A stretch of DNA of 64,000 bases from IMG/VR virus record IMGVR_UViG_3300037475_000032, positions 32,001-96,000 of that record, one strand, 5' to 3'. The DNA is from a virus. The translations under genes were made by a program, and so were the position numbers. Of the stretch, positions 32,601 to 41,773 are shown in pieces. Numbering within the stretch: the stretch's first letter is position 1; every line of letters begins with the position of its first letter. Under the pieces are notes generated by a model that made no database searches, was not told the origin of the DNA, and worked only from the letters and a program-made list of their open reading frames with translations.

Positions 32601-33049
32601 GGTCCTGTGTCGCCTTTCAGGAGTCCTTGAGGGACGAGACCTAGAGGACATGCGGAGGTGAACAGAATCCCCTCCTTGTACTTGATGATGTCCTCGTTCG
32701 AGCATCGGCCTACCTGGTGGAACTTGGCTCGATCCGCCGTGGAGTTGACCAAGCGCCAGAGGTTACGCAGACCTTCGTCCGTCATCGCTAGAGCAATGAG
32801 GTGGTGCTGATCGCGTTCCTTGGCCTTGAAGGTCTTGCCGATTTCAACGCCGTGATATAGCTCGGCCCCGAAGACGGGGTTAAGGTCACGCTTTCGCATG
32901 GCCGTGTCAAAGTCGATGTGACCACTAACTACTCCGTGGTCGGTTAGGCCGCAGAACGGGCAACCAATCTCCAACATTCGGTCGCCAATCTCATCGACGG
33001 TGGACCATCCGTCGAGAGATGAGAACTCACTGTGTACGTGTAGGCTCAT
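29687..33049 (-). CDS. dnaE: DNA polymerase III alpha subunit
   Basis: LHVHSEFSSLDG; GRGSSAG; PDIDSDF; KLDVLGL; YSFNKSH. Confidence 0.96.
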   Translation of the reverse strand: MSLHVHSEFSSLDGWSTVDEIGDRMLEIGCPFCGLTDHGVVSGHIDFDTAMRKRDLNPVFGAELYHGVEIGKTFKAKERDQHHLIALAMTDEGLRNLWRLVNSTADRAKFHQVGRCSNEDIIKYKEGILFTSACPLGLVPQGLLKGDTGPLNWYLDNLGDNFTVEITTYPGDAQWSDRDNEGATITPQMVNELLVNAAQERGVRITYGDDGHYAFPWQYEYHDMYLAGQTKQSIYTPVDERKQYHPPGAVCIKDEDTVREALSYLPESVVDEAIANTWEIGMQADAHLPTVDRPHMPTFIPKDCPWTDNDDEDATELFIRLVEEGIDRIYKGTDLETEAWERAAREIEVLLEDGLEHYFLMAWDVVRFCDAENIARGPGRGSSAGCIVAYALGITDVDPLYYDLFFERFWNKGRTDGFPDIDSDFARSKRPDIRQYLIDRWGEKRVCSIGTITRMKPIATIEKLSISCGISFEEEREIKNIVGKTKDISIHGTDQIGWDPEIEKYNSDGKPKVIFVKDCVGDEIDEWVGNNEKRRKFIEMCEHACSRNSNYGIHPSGIVVSDIDLDDYAPAYLRGGKAEGIPATLFPMKTIDILKLLKLDVLGLRTLDTLSEWEDQMREQGIDFDWSGLDREEYPDEMWDLLEEGFVAGIFQIETPSGKILTEKLKPRSVEDLGILVALNRPGPLRDGIPNKYVARREGREPVVYPHPMLEEILKPTYGLFVYQEQIIRFMWELGYSLGDADAVRKILGKKQPEKLSEIFEGFKDWDKKGFLEVAMSKGFSKEIATEVWKGIEGFASYSFNKSHSIAYGIIAFRCLFAKYYGMSEFYIACIRTIESQKRKELMPQYIKEARRKKISILPPDIRYSKGRISKVDEDVYFGFGDVSGVGSAGDYLLYLRDELEYDISSPDTMVAQLEHDNDYALKEKKQRLKDGDPFPSDWKSPKQQITSNKIVAIYEAGAWDGLEEREVSLREKQELEEKFLSVILTDNSEEVIANNLDEIEACDGYQEACMSWAEAEELYDWVDDSGEETPPGKRYLEYTLPGIITDIRPTKVRSSGAAMGIVTIEYDGDELTFAVFSDNWKKSKFLFKPRQMGIFTVRHTAPNDKRNEGYHFRSGHLLT

Positions 33050-33122
33050 GTATGTCCTTGGAATTCTCAGTGGTCACAGCCCTGCCACCTTCGTCCCGCG
33101 TTATCTATTTGAGCTTCGGCTG

Positions 33123-33449
33123 TTAGTGATCGACCATCTTGATGCCGTAGTTTTGTCCCCTCTTGATGAACGTCCATCTCTCGGACACTACGCCATGGTT
33201 GATGGAACCACGCTGAATCAAATCTAGCAGGTCAGTCGAGAACATCGTGAACTCGTGACCCTCCTCATCCTTGAGGGTAAAGTACTTGGCGGATCGGCCG
33301 GATGTCAACCCATCGAAGGTAAGGGTCGCGGTGAAGGCGTAGTTGTCCCTCCACTCATCAGCGCCCCAGTAGGTATCTTCGCGTCCTACCCAATGAAGCT
33401 GACTACCTTGGCGGAAGGGAATCTTGTATTCACCGCTACTCTTTGGCAT
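33123..33449 (-). CDS. Hypothetical protein
   Basis: GRSAKYF..KRGQNYG; operon packing. Confidence 0.6.
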   Translation of the reverse strand: MPKSSGEYKIPFRQGSQLHWVGREDTYWGADEWRDNYAFTATLTFDGLTSGRSAKYFTLKDEEGHEFTMFSTDLLDLIQRGSINHGVVSERWTFIKRGQNYGIKMVDH

Positions 33450-34653
33450 CCTCGGCCTCCTGCATACGTCTTTCTGAGATGTTGATGTAGTGATCGTCCA
33501 TCTCACATCCCACGAAGTTGTAGCCCTCCATGATAGCGGCTACTCCCGTCGTACCCGATCCCATGAAGAGATCTAGCACGATCCCATCGGGAGGAGTCAC
33601 AAGTCTCACCAACCACTGCATCAGACGGATGGGCTTGACGGTTGGATGGTCGTTATCGGCTCCCTTTTCCTTCTTCGTTGCCTTCGCGCAGAAGAAGAAC
33701 CTACTTGCCCCCCCGCTATCGGCATATGTGGAGTTGCCCTTGAATCCTCCGCCCCCGAACGATCCCCCTCCATACTGGAGACCTTGCTCCGCGTACTTCT
33801 CTCCGTAGTTGGTCTTCCAACCATTCCCTACATCACCACTCTGGAGATCCATGAGAGCTATCGGGCAACCTGCCGTACACTCATCCTCACAGTCCTCGTT
33901 ATGAGTAAGAGCCACGTTCGCGGGCCAACGCCCGGTCACCTCGGTTGTCTCGTAATCAGGACGCACTATCTGACCAAATCCCGACCACTGCTCTAGTCGG
34001 TTGATTCGGATGGTCTCGTTACCGATTCTACACTCATCGATGTTGATAGCTCCCGTGCCATGCGCTACGACATTGGCCGCCACTGTCCCCATGAGGGGCT
34101 TACGAGCCACTACGATGGGCTCCCAGCTAGGCTTCAAGGCCGTTCCCCAGCCATTCCACTTCTTAGCATCCTCTGTCTGGGGCTCGTAGGGACCAACTCG
34201 ATTGCCAGTTAGCTTCTCGCCGCCTTGCTTGTATTTCCCGTTCGGAAGGTGAGTGGATGCCGTAGGGATGGCTCGTCCACGATTGGGTCCTCCCTCCTTC
34301 TTGTCGATGGCAAGGGCGACGTTCTTGGACTTGGGGAATCCCTGTCCATGGACCCACATGAGGCAATCGCGGATCTCGAACCCTGCATCCTCGATGCCTG
34401 AGATAAGACGATGAAAGGTACGGGTGCCTCCGAAGGCCAGCATATGACCTCCGGGCTTGAGCACACGCAGGGCTTCTTTGCCCCACTCAGTACACCACTC
34501 CTGAAATGTCAATCCGTCACCATGGGAGTCCCAGGCGTGGCTCATGAATTCGATTGCGTAGGGCGGGTCACAGACGATGGAGTCAATGGAGCTATCCTCC
34601 ATCTCCTTCATCGAGTCTATGCAGTCGCCTTGGAATACGACCCACTCACCCAT
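33436..34653 (-). CDS. DNA N6-adenine/N4-cytosine methyltransferase (beta class)
   Basis: DPPY; HPTVKP; LDLFMGSGTTG. Confidence 0.92.
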   Translation of the reverse strand: MGEWVVFQGDCIDSMKEMEDSSIDSIVCDPPYAIEFMSHAWDSHGDGLTFQEWCTEWGKEALRVLKPGGHMLAFGGTRTFHRLISGIEDAGFEIRDCLMWVHGQGFPKSKNVALAIDKKEGGPNRGRAIPTASTHLPNGKYKQGGEKLTGNRVGPYEPQTEDAKKWNGWGTALKPSWEPIVVARKPLMGTVAANVVAHGTGAINIDECRIGNETIRINRLEQWSGFGQIVRPDYETTEVTGRWPANVALTHNEDCEDECTAGCPIALMDLQSGDVGNGWKTNYGEKYAEQGLQYGGGSFGGGGFKGNSTYADSGGASRFFFCAKATKKEKGADNDHPTVKPIRLMQWLVRLVTPPDGIVLDLFMGSGTTGVAAIMEGYNFVGCEMDDHYINISERRMQEAEDAKE

Positions 34654-35104
34654 ACAGTGTTCGCCTCGCCTCTCCAGCTAGTTGATCCGCTAGGTCGTTG
34701 TAGTGGCTATCCAGGTGACCCTTCACCCAGACCCACTCCACATACTCGTGCAGATCTGCGGCCTCCTGTAGGTCATCCCACAGGTCCAGATTCTTCTTGC
34801 GAGCATACGCGCCCGTGAACCCTCTACCGACAATCTCGCTGTCACAGTAAACGAGGACTTGGCATGGACCAAGGGCCTCCGCAAGGGAGATTAGTCCCTC
34901 GATCCATGCCTGCATCTCCATTCGATTGTTCGTGGTTTCAGCGACGGCTCCACTGCCCGTCTCCTGACCTCCATAACAATCGATGGCTACCCACGCCCAA
35001 CCTCCGGTCTCATCCTTGTAGTAGGATGATCCATCAGTGAACAGGGCAATCCCTTTGTCAGCGTTGAGGTTCACGGCTAGTTGGGCGGCCCGAAGACCGC
35101 CCAA
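34646..35104 (-). CDS. rnhA: Ribonuclease HI
   Basis: FTDGS; TNNRME; WVKGH..N..ADQLA. Confidence 0.9.
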   Translation of the reverse strand: MGGLRAAQLAVNLNADKGIALFTDGSSYYKDETGGWAWVAIDCYGGQETGSGAVAETTNNRMEMQAWIEGLISLAEALGPCQVLVYCDSEIVGRGFTGAYARKKNLDLWDDLQEAADLHEYVEWVWVKGHLDSHYNDLADQLAGEARRTLYG

Positions 35105-35110
35105 TCGCGC

Positions 35111-36244
35111 CTACTCGGTCTCTGCCGCCTTATCTGCTCGCTGCTTGGCGGCCTTCTCGCGGAGGGCGGCGAGTCTCACCTTTGCAGGGGACTCACTGGT
35201 GACCTCCTCATCCTTCGGCTTTGCTTTCGAGGCTGTTTTCCTCGTGCTTTTCGCACGAGTCTTCGGCTTCTCCTCGGGCTCTGGAGCGTCGTCATCGCCG
35301 CCCTCGGGCTCGGCAGGATCGTCTCCTGCGTCATCGTCAGCGTCCTTGCTGCGACGCTGCGACGGTCGAGCCTTGCGCTCAGTGGTTTTCTTGTCGCCCT
35401 TCTTGTTCTTCTTGCGCTTGTTACCGAACTTGTCCATGGACTCGTCAACGCCCTCGAACAACTCCTCGTAACGCTCCTCGTCCACAAGCTCCGTGATGCG
35501 CTTCTCCAAGAGAAGCGAACCGACGTGCTGTGCGGCCTCCAACGGCTCAAGGTCGGAGATTTCCTCCACTACCTTGTCGATGTCATCGAGGTAGTTGATT
35601 CCCTCAAGGAACTCGATGAAGTTGGAGAGATCGATCTCCTGGTCCACGTACCCGACTACCGTGTACGAGGTGTTCTGGTCCTTGCCGATACGGGTGATCT
35701 TCAAGGCCGTCTCGTGGATCGGTGCCTCGTCAGCGTCGTATGACTTCACAACGTTGAAGAAGTTGTACGGGGACTGTGCCACGATACCCACAACGGGGGT
35801 CGTGACCTCTTCCACCTCTCCGGTGTCCTCGCCGTCGTCATCGAAGACCTTGCGCTCGAACGTCTTGGTAGCGACCTCGAAGCCTCGTGGCCTCTTGCGT
35901 CCACCTACAAGCTCAAGCGTGGGCTCCAGTTCAACTGCGACTGCGAAGTCCGTCACTCGGATTGTGGCATCCCAGACCTTCTCGAACTTGTCGGCCTTCT
36001 CACCGAAGTACGGATCTGTCTTGGCGACGACCGTCTCGGGGAAGCCTCCCTCGGTCGGGATGAAGGGGACGACATCGAACTGCGGGATGTCATCGATTGG
36101 GTTGAGGAACAGGAGGTAACGTGCTTCCTTGTCGTCCTTCCAGAAGATGGACGGAAGGAATGGCTTGAACGATCCTCCCTGGCGGTTCTCGTTGGCGTCG
36201 ATAGCTTCCTGAATCGCATCAGCGCCGCGTCGGATTTCTCCCAT
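35111..36244 (-). CDS. Putative ssDNA-binding protein
   Basis: Replication cluster; KITRIG..TSY; long charged tail; own TGcTATGCT promoter. Confidence 0.45.
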   Translation of the reverse strand: MGEIRRGADAIQEAIDANENRQGGSFKPFLPSIFWKDDKEARYLLFLNPIDDIPQFDVVPFIPTEGGFPETVVAKTDPYFGEKADKFEKVWDATIRVTDFAVAVELEPTLELVGGRKRPRGFEVATKTFERKVFDDDGEDTGEVEEVTTPVVGIVAQSPYNFFNVVKSYDADEAPIHETALKITRIGKDQNTSYTVVGYVDQEIDLSNFIEFLEGINYLDDIDKVVEEISDLEPLEAAQHVGSLLLEKRITELVDEERYEELFEGVDESMDKFGNKRKKNKKGDKKTTERKARPSQRRSKDADDDAGDDPAEPEGGDDDAPEPEEKPKTRAKSTRKTASKAKPKDEEVTSESPAKVRLAALREKAAKQRADKAAETE

Positions 36245-36363
36245 GTTCATTTCCTTGTTCGTTTTGTCGGGGCTATTTCTCGGCCATTCATTGGCCGTTC
36301 CAGCCCATTCACTTGTGAGCATAGCAACCTTCACCCTTTCTTCAAGGGGGTCGGGTTAACTTT

Positions 36364-36516
36364 TTACTCGGGTCGCAAGACCTTGGCACGATCCTCGTCA
36401 CTGAGGCTCTTTGCGCTGGTCTTGCCGATGCGATGCAGGTTGGACTCAATGCGCTGATGCTCCTCAGGTGAAAGCACCTGTGCAGACTCAACGCCCTGTG
36501 TCTTCGTGAATCCCAT
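36364..36516 (-). CDS. 50-aa protein (MGFTKTQGVESAQVLSPEEHQRIES...), absent from ORF track
   Basis: Fills intergenic gap; start embedded in TAATAAGAGATG motif. Confidence 0.6.
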   Translation of the reverse strand: MGFTKTQGVESAQVLSPEEHQRIESNLHRIGKTSAKSLSDEDRAKVLRPE

Positions 36517-36533
36517 CTCTTATTACCTGACGG

Positions 36534-36767
36534 CTAGCAGATGTTTTCTGGCCTCGTGTAGTACGGTGGCCTGACGGTCGGAACCGGGTCCCCAAACGGG
36601 ATTCGTTCGCCTGGTTGAGGGAACGGATGATTCGGGTATGGTGGATGCGGAGGATGGTAGGGGCACACGGGCGGGAACAACGGTGCTCCACAGACCGGAC
36701 AGAACCTCGGCGGATGAAGGCCGTGCCATGGGAAAGAGTGGGTACAATGGTGGGTATGAACTTGCAT
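36534..36767 (-). CDS. Small Pro/His-rich zinc-ribbon protein
   Basis: FCPVCGAPL; TAATG coupling to primase. Confidence 0.45.
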   Translation of the reverse strand: MQVHTHHCTHSFPWHGLHPPRFCPVCGAPLFPPVCPYHPPHPPYPNHPFPQPGERIPFGDPVPTVRPPYYTRPENIC

Positions 36768-37852
36768 TACAACACCTCCGGTGTCTCGGCTAGGGCCAAG
36801 TGGCTCCTGATCGCTCGATAGGTCCCTTCGCCCTTGTGGTACTTCTCGTCTACGAAGTCACCAAGGTCTGATCCGGCCTTTCCTGGGACAGGTGGCAAGA
36901 TCTTTACCTCGATGTAGTTCTCCAAGTATTCCGTAGCGGTTTTGACAAAGTTCTCGCCTACGGAGTCGTTGTCGGGTGCCAGAATAACGCCCTGCTGGAG
37001 CCTGCGTAGGAGCCTTAGCTGAGGCTCCTTGATGCCCCCTCCGAAGTACGAGATAGCCGGGATGCCGTAGCGGGCCAGTAGCAGAACCGTGACGACGGAC
37101 TCCACGATCACGACCGGCTCTGAGGCTTCCTCGGCCTTGTCGAAGTTGAAGACTGTATCGGACTTAGGGAAGTCGCTCGTGTTCGTGTACTTGGCAAGCC
37201 ACTTCGGCGTATCGGTGTGGGCGGCATCCCAGTTCATCCAGCGATGCTGCCAGCCAACCAAACGACCTCTCCAGTAGTGTGGGAAGATGGCGGTCGGGCC
37301 GTAGTAGTCCTCGTCCTCCTTGATTGGTTGCCCGTCACGCATCTTGATGGGAGCAGGCTTCATCGCCACATTGGCGAAGCGCAGGTTGTACTCGGCAATG
37401 ATCTCGTCGTTTAGGCCACGGGTGTAGAACCAGTCAATCGGGTCATCGAACTTGTCAAGCACACGCTCGTTGAAGTAGGGCATCTTGGTCGCCCTACGCT
37501 CCGTGTCCTGCAACATCTCCATGAAGTCGTCCACGAACTCGGCATCGGAGCGCATGTCGCCCATGGCGAACTGACGAAGCCACTCAGTAGCCTCGTCCAC
37601 GTTCATGTCGAACTTCTCCATCGTCAGGGAGAGGAAGTTGCCTCCGCCACACACCCAACAGTTGTACACTCGTTCCTCACGATGGATGGCGAACTTGCCG
37701 GTTGTGTCCCCGTGCTTATGCTGTCCCCATAGGTCAGGACACTGACCGACATCGTTGTGGCCCTTGCGTTCCGTGGGCTCGAAGTCGATGGCCGTCTCGA
37801 AGGCGTCAACATCGATCTGATCCTTGAATTCGCTGTAGCGGTGCTTAGCCAT
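36767..37852 (-). CDS. dnaG: DNA primase (CHC2 + TOPRIM)
   Basis: CP..H..YNCWVCG; VIVES; PDNDSVG. Confidence 0.85.
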   Translation of the reverse strand: MAKHRYSEFKDQIDVDAFETAIDFEPTERKGHNDVGQCPDLWGQHKHGDTTGKFAIHREERVYNCWVCGGGNFLSLTMEKFDMNVDEATEWLRQFAMGDMRSDAEFVDDFMEMLQDTERRATKMPYFNERVLDKFDDPIDWFYTRGLNDEIIAEYNLRFANVAMKPAPIKMRDGQPIKEDEDYYGPTAIFPHYWRGRLVGWQHRWMNWDAAHTDTPKWLAKYTNTSDFPKSDTVFNFDKAEEASEPVVIVESVVTVLLLARYGIPAISYFGGGIKEPQLRLLRRLQQGVILAPDNDSVGENFVKTATEYLENYIEVKILPPVPGKAGSDLGDFVDEKYHKGEGTYRAIRSHLALAETPEVL

Positions 37853-38021
37853 CGTCCTCATCCTCTTCTATGCAGTCGGGATGGAAGAGACGAACCAAAC
37901 CAGTCTCGCCCTTGACCAACCAGAATTCGGAACCCATCGGCTCTCCACACGGGCACGGCGCAGCAAGTTCGGGATTGGCAAGCCAAGGCGGTATGACTGG
38001 GTTGACACCATCATCACTCAT
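37845..38021 (-). CDS. 58-aa protein (MSDDGVNP..CPCG..HPDC), absent from ORF track
   Basis: Fills gap between helicase and primase with overlaps. Confidence 0.5.
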   Translation of the reverse strand: MSDDGVNPVIPPWLANPELAAPCPCGEPMGSEFWLVKGETGLVRLFHPDCIEEDEDDG

Positions 38022-39252
38022 CATCTATACGTCCGTTGATATTGAAGCTGCACCCACGGGAGAGATCGACTGCCATCTCCCAGGAGGCGAACATCGAATT
38101 ACGTGAGATGAGTGTACCCAACTCCACGACGCTTGATCGTCTCATGTCCTTGCTCGCCCACATGCCAAGCGCCAGCGTGGCCGTCTCCTCAATGGCGGAT
38201 GACCCCTTGGCCTGCTGAATCACCGGCATCTCGTCACAGAACATGGCGGAGCGGTTGAACTGGTGGGCGATGCAGATAGGTCCGTCGTCAGAGAGATTGC
38301 GGGCACGGTTAAGGACGCCCCAGTACTGGCCGGGATCGTTTAGCTCACCAAGAGCACGTCCATTCTCACCCTCCACGTACTGCAACTGATCGATGAAGAC
38401 GATATCGGCTCCGGCGTCACGAGCTTTGCCAACAAGATGGTCAATGGATCGCTCACCCTCGGGTGGCTTGACGATCTTGTACATACCCATTCCATCTATC
38501 AGTTCCGATGCCTCCTTGATGCGTCCCCACTCGTCATCGGTGATGCGGTTGCGGAGGTAGTGCCACCACGGCACGTTCGCCAAGAGGCAACGCAGGCGCA
38601 TATCAGATTCCTCGGCTGGTAGCTCTAGTGAGTCCAGGTAGGCGCAAGCTCCGTTTTCGACATTCGAGACCAAGCCCTGGAGCATGAACCAGGACTTGTA
38701 TGTCTTGGGCGGGGCCACCATGAAGGTAAGACCTCTCTGTCCAAAGAAGTAGTCATCGACCTCCGGGAAACCGAAGCTGTGGCCCGGTCCTTGGAGCACC
38801 TTCTGGTCATATCGGTGACGGGCGCGCTGGAAGTCCCCGGTGCCGTACATTTCACCATGGCGGCTGAGCAGTGCCGCAAGCTCACGACCCTCCTTGATGA
38901 GCATATTGGGGATCTGAGCCGGGTCCTTCTTGTACTGCTCTCCAATATCCCTCAGAGCCTTGCGTCCCTGACCCTTCATGTAGCGGTCACGCAGGCGGTC
39001 TAGAAGGTCTCCTATGGCTGTCAGAGGCTCTGATAGTTCAAGGTCGAACTCCTCGGCAAGCACGGATGCAGTCGCAGGCTTACCTTCCCTACGGATGTGC
39101 TGATCCTGCCAGTGGAAGATCTCACGAATGTCATCATCGTTGATGAGATCGGGACTGATCCCCTCGCCACGAATCACGACCCACGACTCGGGGTCGGAGA
39201 GATGAGACAGAAGCTCCTCGTCTAGATCAAGTGCGTAAACGTCTTCTGCCAT
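38014..39252 (-). CDS. dnaB: DnaB-like replicative helicase
   Basis: APPKTYKS; SLEL; FIDQL; AHQFNR; SSAIEETA. Confidence 0.85.
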   Translation of the reverse strand: MAEDVYALDLDEELLSHLSDPESWVVIRGEGISPDLINDDDIREIFHWQDQHIRREGKPATASVLAEEFDLELSEPLTAIGDLLDRLRDRYMKGQGRKALRDIGEQYKKDPAQIPNMLIKEGRELAALLSRHGEMYGTGDFQRARHRYDQKVLQGPGHSFGFPEVDDYFFGQRGLTFMVAPPKTYKSWFMLQGLVSNVENGACAYLDSLELPAEESDMRLRCLLANVPWWHYLRNRITDDEWGRIKEASELIDGMGMYKIVKPPEGERSIDHLVGKARDAGADIVFIDQLQYVEGENGRALGELNDPGQYWGVLNRARNLSDDGPICIAHQFNRSAMFCDEMPVIQQAKGSSAIEETATLALGMWASKDMRRSSVVELGTLISRNSMFASWEMAVDLSRGCSFNINGRIDDE

Positions 39253-39253
39253 G

Positions 39254-39511
39254 TCATCCGTTTATGTCGGGTCCGTCGTACCTTGCGTATTCGTTATCTC
39301 TGACTAGCCTATCAAGCGCCAGTCTCACATCATCGGCGGGGTCCAAGTAGGTTCCGCAACCGTCGCAGCATGGGTCCTCGCCCTCGCAAGGCTCACCCTC
39401 ATTACCTTCGCTGTAAAGTTCCTCGTCTCTGTCCCAGCACGTCACCTCGAAGGGCTTGTTGAAGACTTCACAGGTGATTGAAGGACATGCGTAATCAATG
39501 ATCTGGCTCAT
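39254..39511 (-). CDS. Small Cys-rich protein
   Basis: CxxxxC..CxxC; operon packing. Confidence 0.5.
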   Translation of the reverse strand: MSQIIDYACPSITCEVFNKPFEVTCWDRDEELYSEGNEGEPCEGEDPCCDGCGTYLDPADDVRLALDRLVRDNEYARYDGPDING

Positions 39512-40103
39512 CGTCAACCTCCTCGGTTAGCCACTCTCTGGTAGCAGGGTCAAGCTCACCATCGACTTCCTCCGCTCCCTCTATCAGAGTGGGAGTGCAA
39601 TCCACTCTCTTGGGCTTCACGGGCCTGAGCCTTAGGTTACCATGCTCGTCAGCGATTAGCTCCGCTGTCTCAGTTCCCTGCTCATCCGCCCACTCGGCGT
39701 CCTCAGGAAGATCGAGCATGGGAACTGCACGAGTGACGATCTCACCTTCGACCGTGACCTCATCCACGACGGTTGCCTCGATGGAATCTGGATGCAGGGT
39801 GATGTCAACGCCGTCCGCATAGACCTTGTAGCCACCGGCAGGCTCCACGCCTTTCATCTTGTACTTGATGAGCAGCCTGCGAGCATCCACGAAGTTTGGA
39901 TCGGGCGAGCGAAGGATGCGCAAGCAGCGCTGATATGCGACTACGAGGTTGAGGGCCTTCTCCAAGTCCTCGACTAGCTGAGCCTGGATCTTCTTCAAGT
40001 TCTCCGACTCCCCGTACTTCTCATAGAGCAGTCGGCGTAGGGCCGCAATCTCGTCCTCTCGGGGCATCGGAACGGTGCTCAGCGGAAACTCGATCTCGCT
40101 CAT
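39495..40103 (-). CDS. Hypothetical protein
   Basis: Operon packing. Confidence 0.55.
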   Translation of the reverse strand: MSEIEFPLSTVPMPREDEIAALRRLLYEKYGESENLKKIQAQLVEDLEKALNLVVAYQRCLRILRSPDPNFVDARRLLIKYKMKGVEPAGGYKVYADGVDITLHPDSIEATVVDEVTVEGEIVTRAVPMLDLPEDAEWADEQGTETAELIADEHGNLRLRPVKPKRVDCTPTLIEGAEEVDGELDPATREWLTEEVDDEPDH

Positions 40104-40957
40104 GTGATTGGTCTCCTCTGGCCGTTCTCGGCCAACTCGGTATTCAGGTCCCAGATGCCTTCGCGTCGAGCGTCGTTACCCACAATCCCGATATGGGACT
40201 GCTTGGCTGCGAGCAGTGAGTAAGTGCGTTCGTAGTGATCGTCTAGCTCGGAAGGCTCTAGGTTGGAGGTAATGATGGTCACGCGACCGTAGTTGGTCCT
40301 GTAGCGAACCAACTCCTCAAACTTGGAGGCAAAGAGCCCGTGCTGAGCGGACGAGATCGGTTGCACGACCTCATCGAGAACTAGCATGGTGCTGTTCTTC
40401 AAGCGGTCTTCCATGCGCGCACGATCCTCATACGGAGATTCGTACAGCGACATGATGTCTCGGAAGTTGATGTAGAAGACCGACTCCCCACGCTTCACCA
40501 AGTCACGGGCTACGCGCGTGGCAAGGAAGGTCTTGCCGGTTCCCTGTGTCTTCGAGTAGTACCCCAAGCCAAGCCCGTAGACCCTGTTGTCATCCCAGTG
40601 TTCCAGGTACTTGGTCGTGTCGTCCCATGCTTGTGGGTCCCCATAGTAGTCCTCGGGGTCGAGACGCATGTACTCCTCGGGGATATGGGCTAGGAGGTAG
40701 TGACGAAAGAGGTTAACCTGACCCTCGCAGTCACAGACCTCAATGCCGTCGCGTCCCTCAAAGGTGCTCTCGGCCCACTCGTGGATGCCGGGTGCTACTT
40801 CTATCGGCTTCGCCCCACAGGTGGGGCAACGATGACTACTCCCCTGAGGACTCCTCTGGAGCAGTATCTCCACTTCCTCGAACTGCTGATTCGTCAGTCT
40901 CGGAAGTCTCAGCTTGGTCTCTGATCGCTTTGACAACTTCGGTGGCGTACTTGACAT
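40100..40957 (-). CDS. DnaC/IstB-like helicase loader
   Basis: Zn motif; GTGKTFLA; LVLDEV; TIITSN. Confidence 0.85.
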   Translation of the reverse strand: MSSTPPKLSKRSETKLRLPRLTNQQFEEVEILLQRSPQGSSHRCPTCGAKPIEVAPGIHEWAESTFEGRDGIEVCDCEGQVNLFRHYLLAHIPEEYMRLDPEDYYGDPQAWDDTTKYLEHWDDNRVYGLGLGYYSKTQGTGKTFLATRVARDLVKRGESVFYINFRDIMSLYESPYEDRARMEDRLKNSTMLVLDEVVQPISSAQHGLFASKFEELVRYRTNYGRVTIITSNLEPSELDDHYERTYSLLAAKQSHIGIVGNDARREGIWDLNTELAENGQRRPIT

Positions 40958-41495
40958 TCTCTCTATCCGTGCCTCTCAGGGGGAGTGCTGACTTGAAGTG
41001 ACCTTCAAGGATCTCAGGGACCTTACGGTCGATCACTGTATCATACGAACGGCCCTTCTCCAGGAGGGTCTTTCCGTCGTATGGAAGGTACAGGAGAATG
41101 TCATAGTCGAAGATGACCGTCTCCAACATTCCGAGCGCTGTCATGGCTGTGCGAGCGCGCACGAACTCGTCTATGTCATCCTGATTTATAGACGCCTCGT
41201 TGGCCTTGATCGCTGCGTAACAGATGGTCTCGTACATCGTGCCACAGGTAATGACGTTGTTACCCTTGGCTTCGGCCGCTTGCTCCAAGGTCCAACGGTG
41301 AAACAAGATCTGGTAGTTCTGCGCGTAGGTAGCGAAGTACCCGTAGGCGTACCCGGTCTGCTTTTCGAGCTTGGGAACGTAGTCATCCACGACCGTAGGA
41401 GGCTTGTCGAAGACGTGCTGGCCTAGTCCGTACGCTAGCTTGCGGGCGAACTTGCTCTTGCCTGCTCCGGGTGCTCCTATTACGCCGATCTTCAT
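40836..41495 (-). CDS. P-loop ATPase/kinase (NadR/AAA_28-like)
   Basis: KIGVIGAPGAGKS; YDILLYLP. Confidence 0.7.
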   Translation of the reverse strand: MKIGVIGAPGAGKSKFARKLAYGLGQHVFDKPPTVVDDYVPKLEKQTGYAYGYFATYAQNYQILFHRWTLEQAAEAKGNNVITCGTMYETICYAAIKANEASINQDDIDEFVRARTAMTALGMLETVIFDYDILLYLPYDGKTLLEKGRSYDTVIDRKVPEILEGHFKSALPLRGTDRENVKYATEVVKAIRDQAETSETDESAVRGSGDTAPEESSGE

Positions 41496-41773
41496 TGGGT
41501 GTTCTCTCTTTCGATCATGCTGATGAGGGTCATGGTAGCGCAGACCAAATCGTATCGTCTCTTACCTATACGACCTCCTCTATAAGCCTTCGACGCGATC
41601 TCGGTCACGTCATCGATCCCCAGCCTCCTATCCCCCGATGGATCTCGGGGGATGGTGACGAACCCTCCACGATCCCACTTACGCAGGGTGACTGGACTCT
41701 TGCCTAGCAGGCGTCCCAGGTCAGTGATCGTGAAGTGAAAACGCCAGTTCTTGGGGTCGGTTGTCGTTCGCAT
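41492..41773 (-). CDS. MerR-like HTH DNA-binding protein
   Basis: TITDLGRLLGKSPVTLRKWDR..PSGDRR. Confidence 0.75.
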   Translation of the reverse strand: MRTTTDPKNWRFHFTITDLGRLLGKSPVTLRKWDRGGFVTIPRDPSGDRRLGIDDVTEIASKAYRGGRIGKRRYDLVCATMTLISMIERENTQ

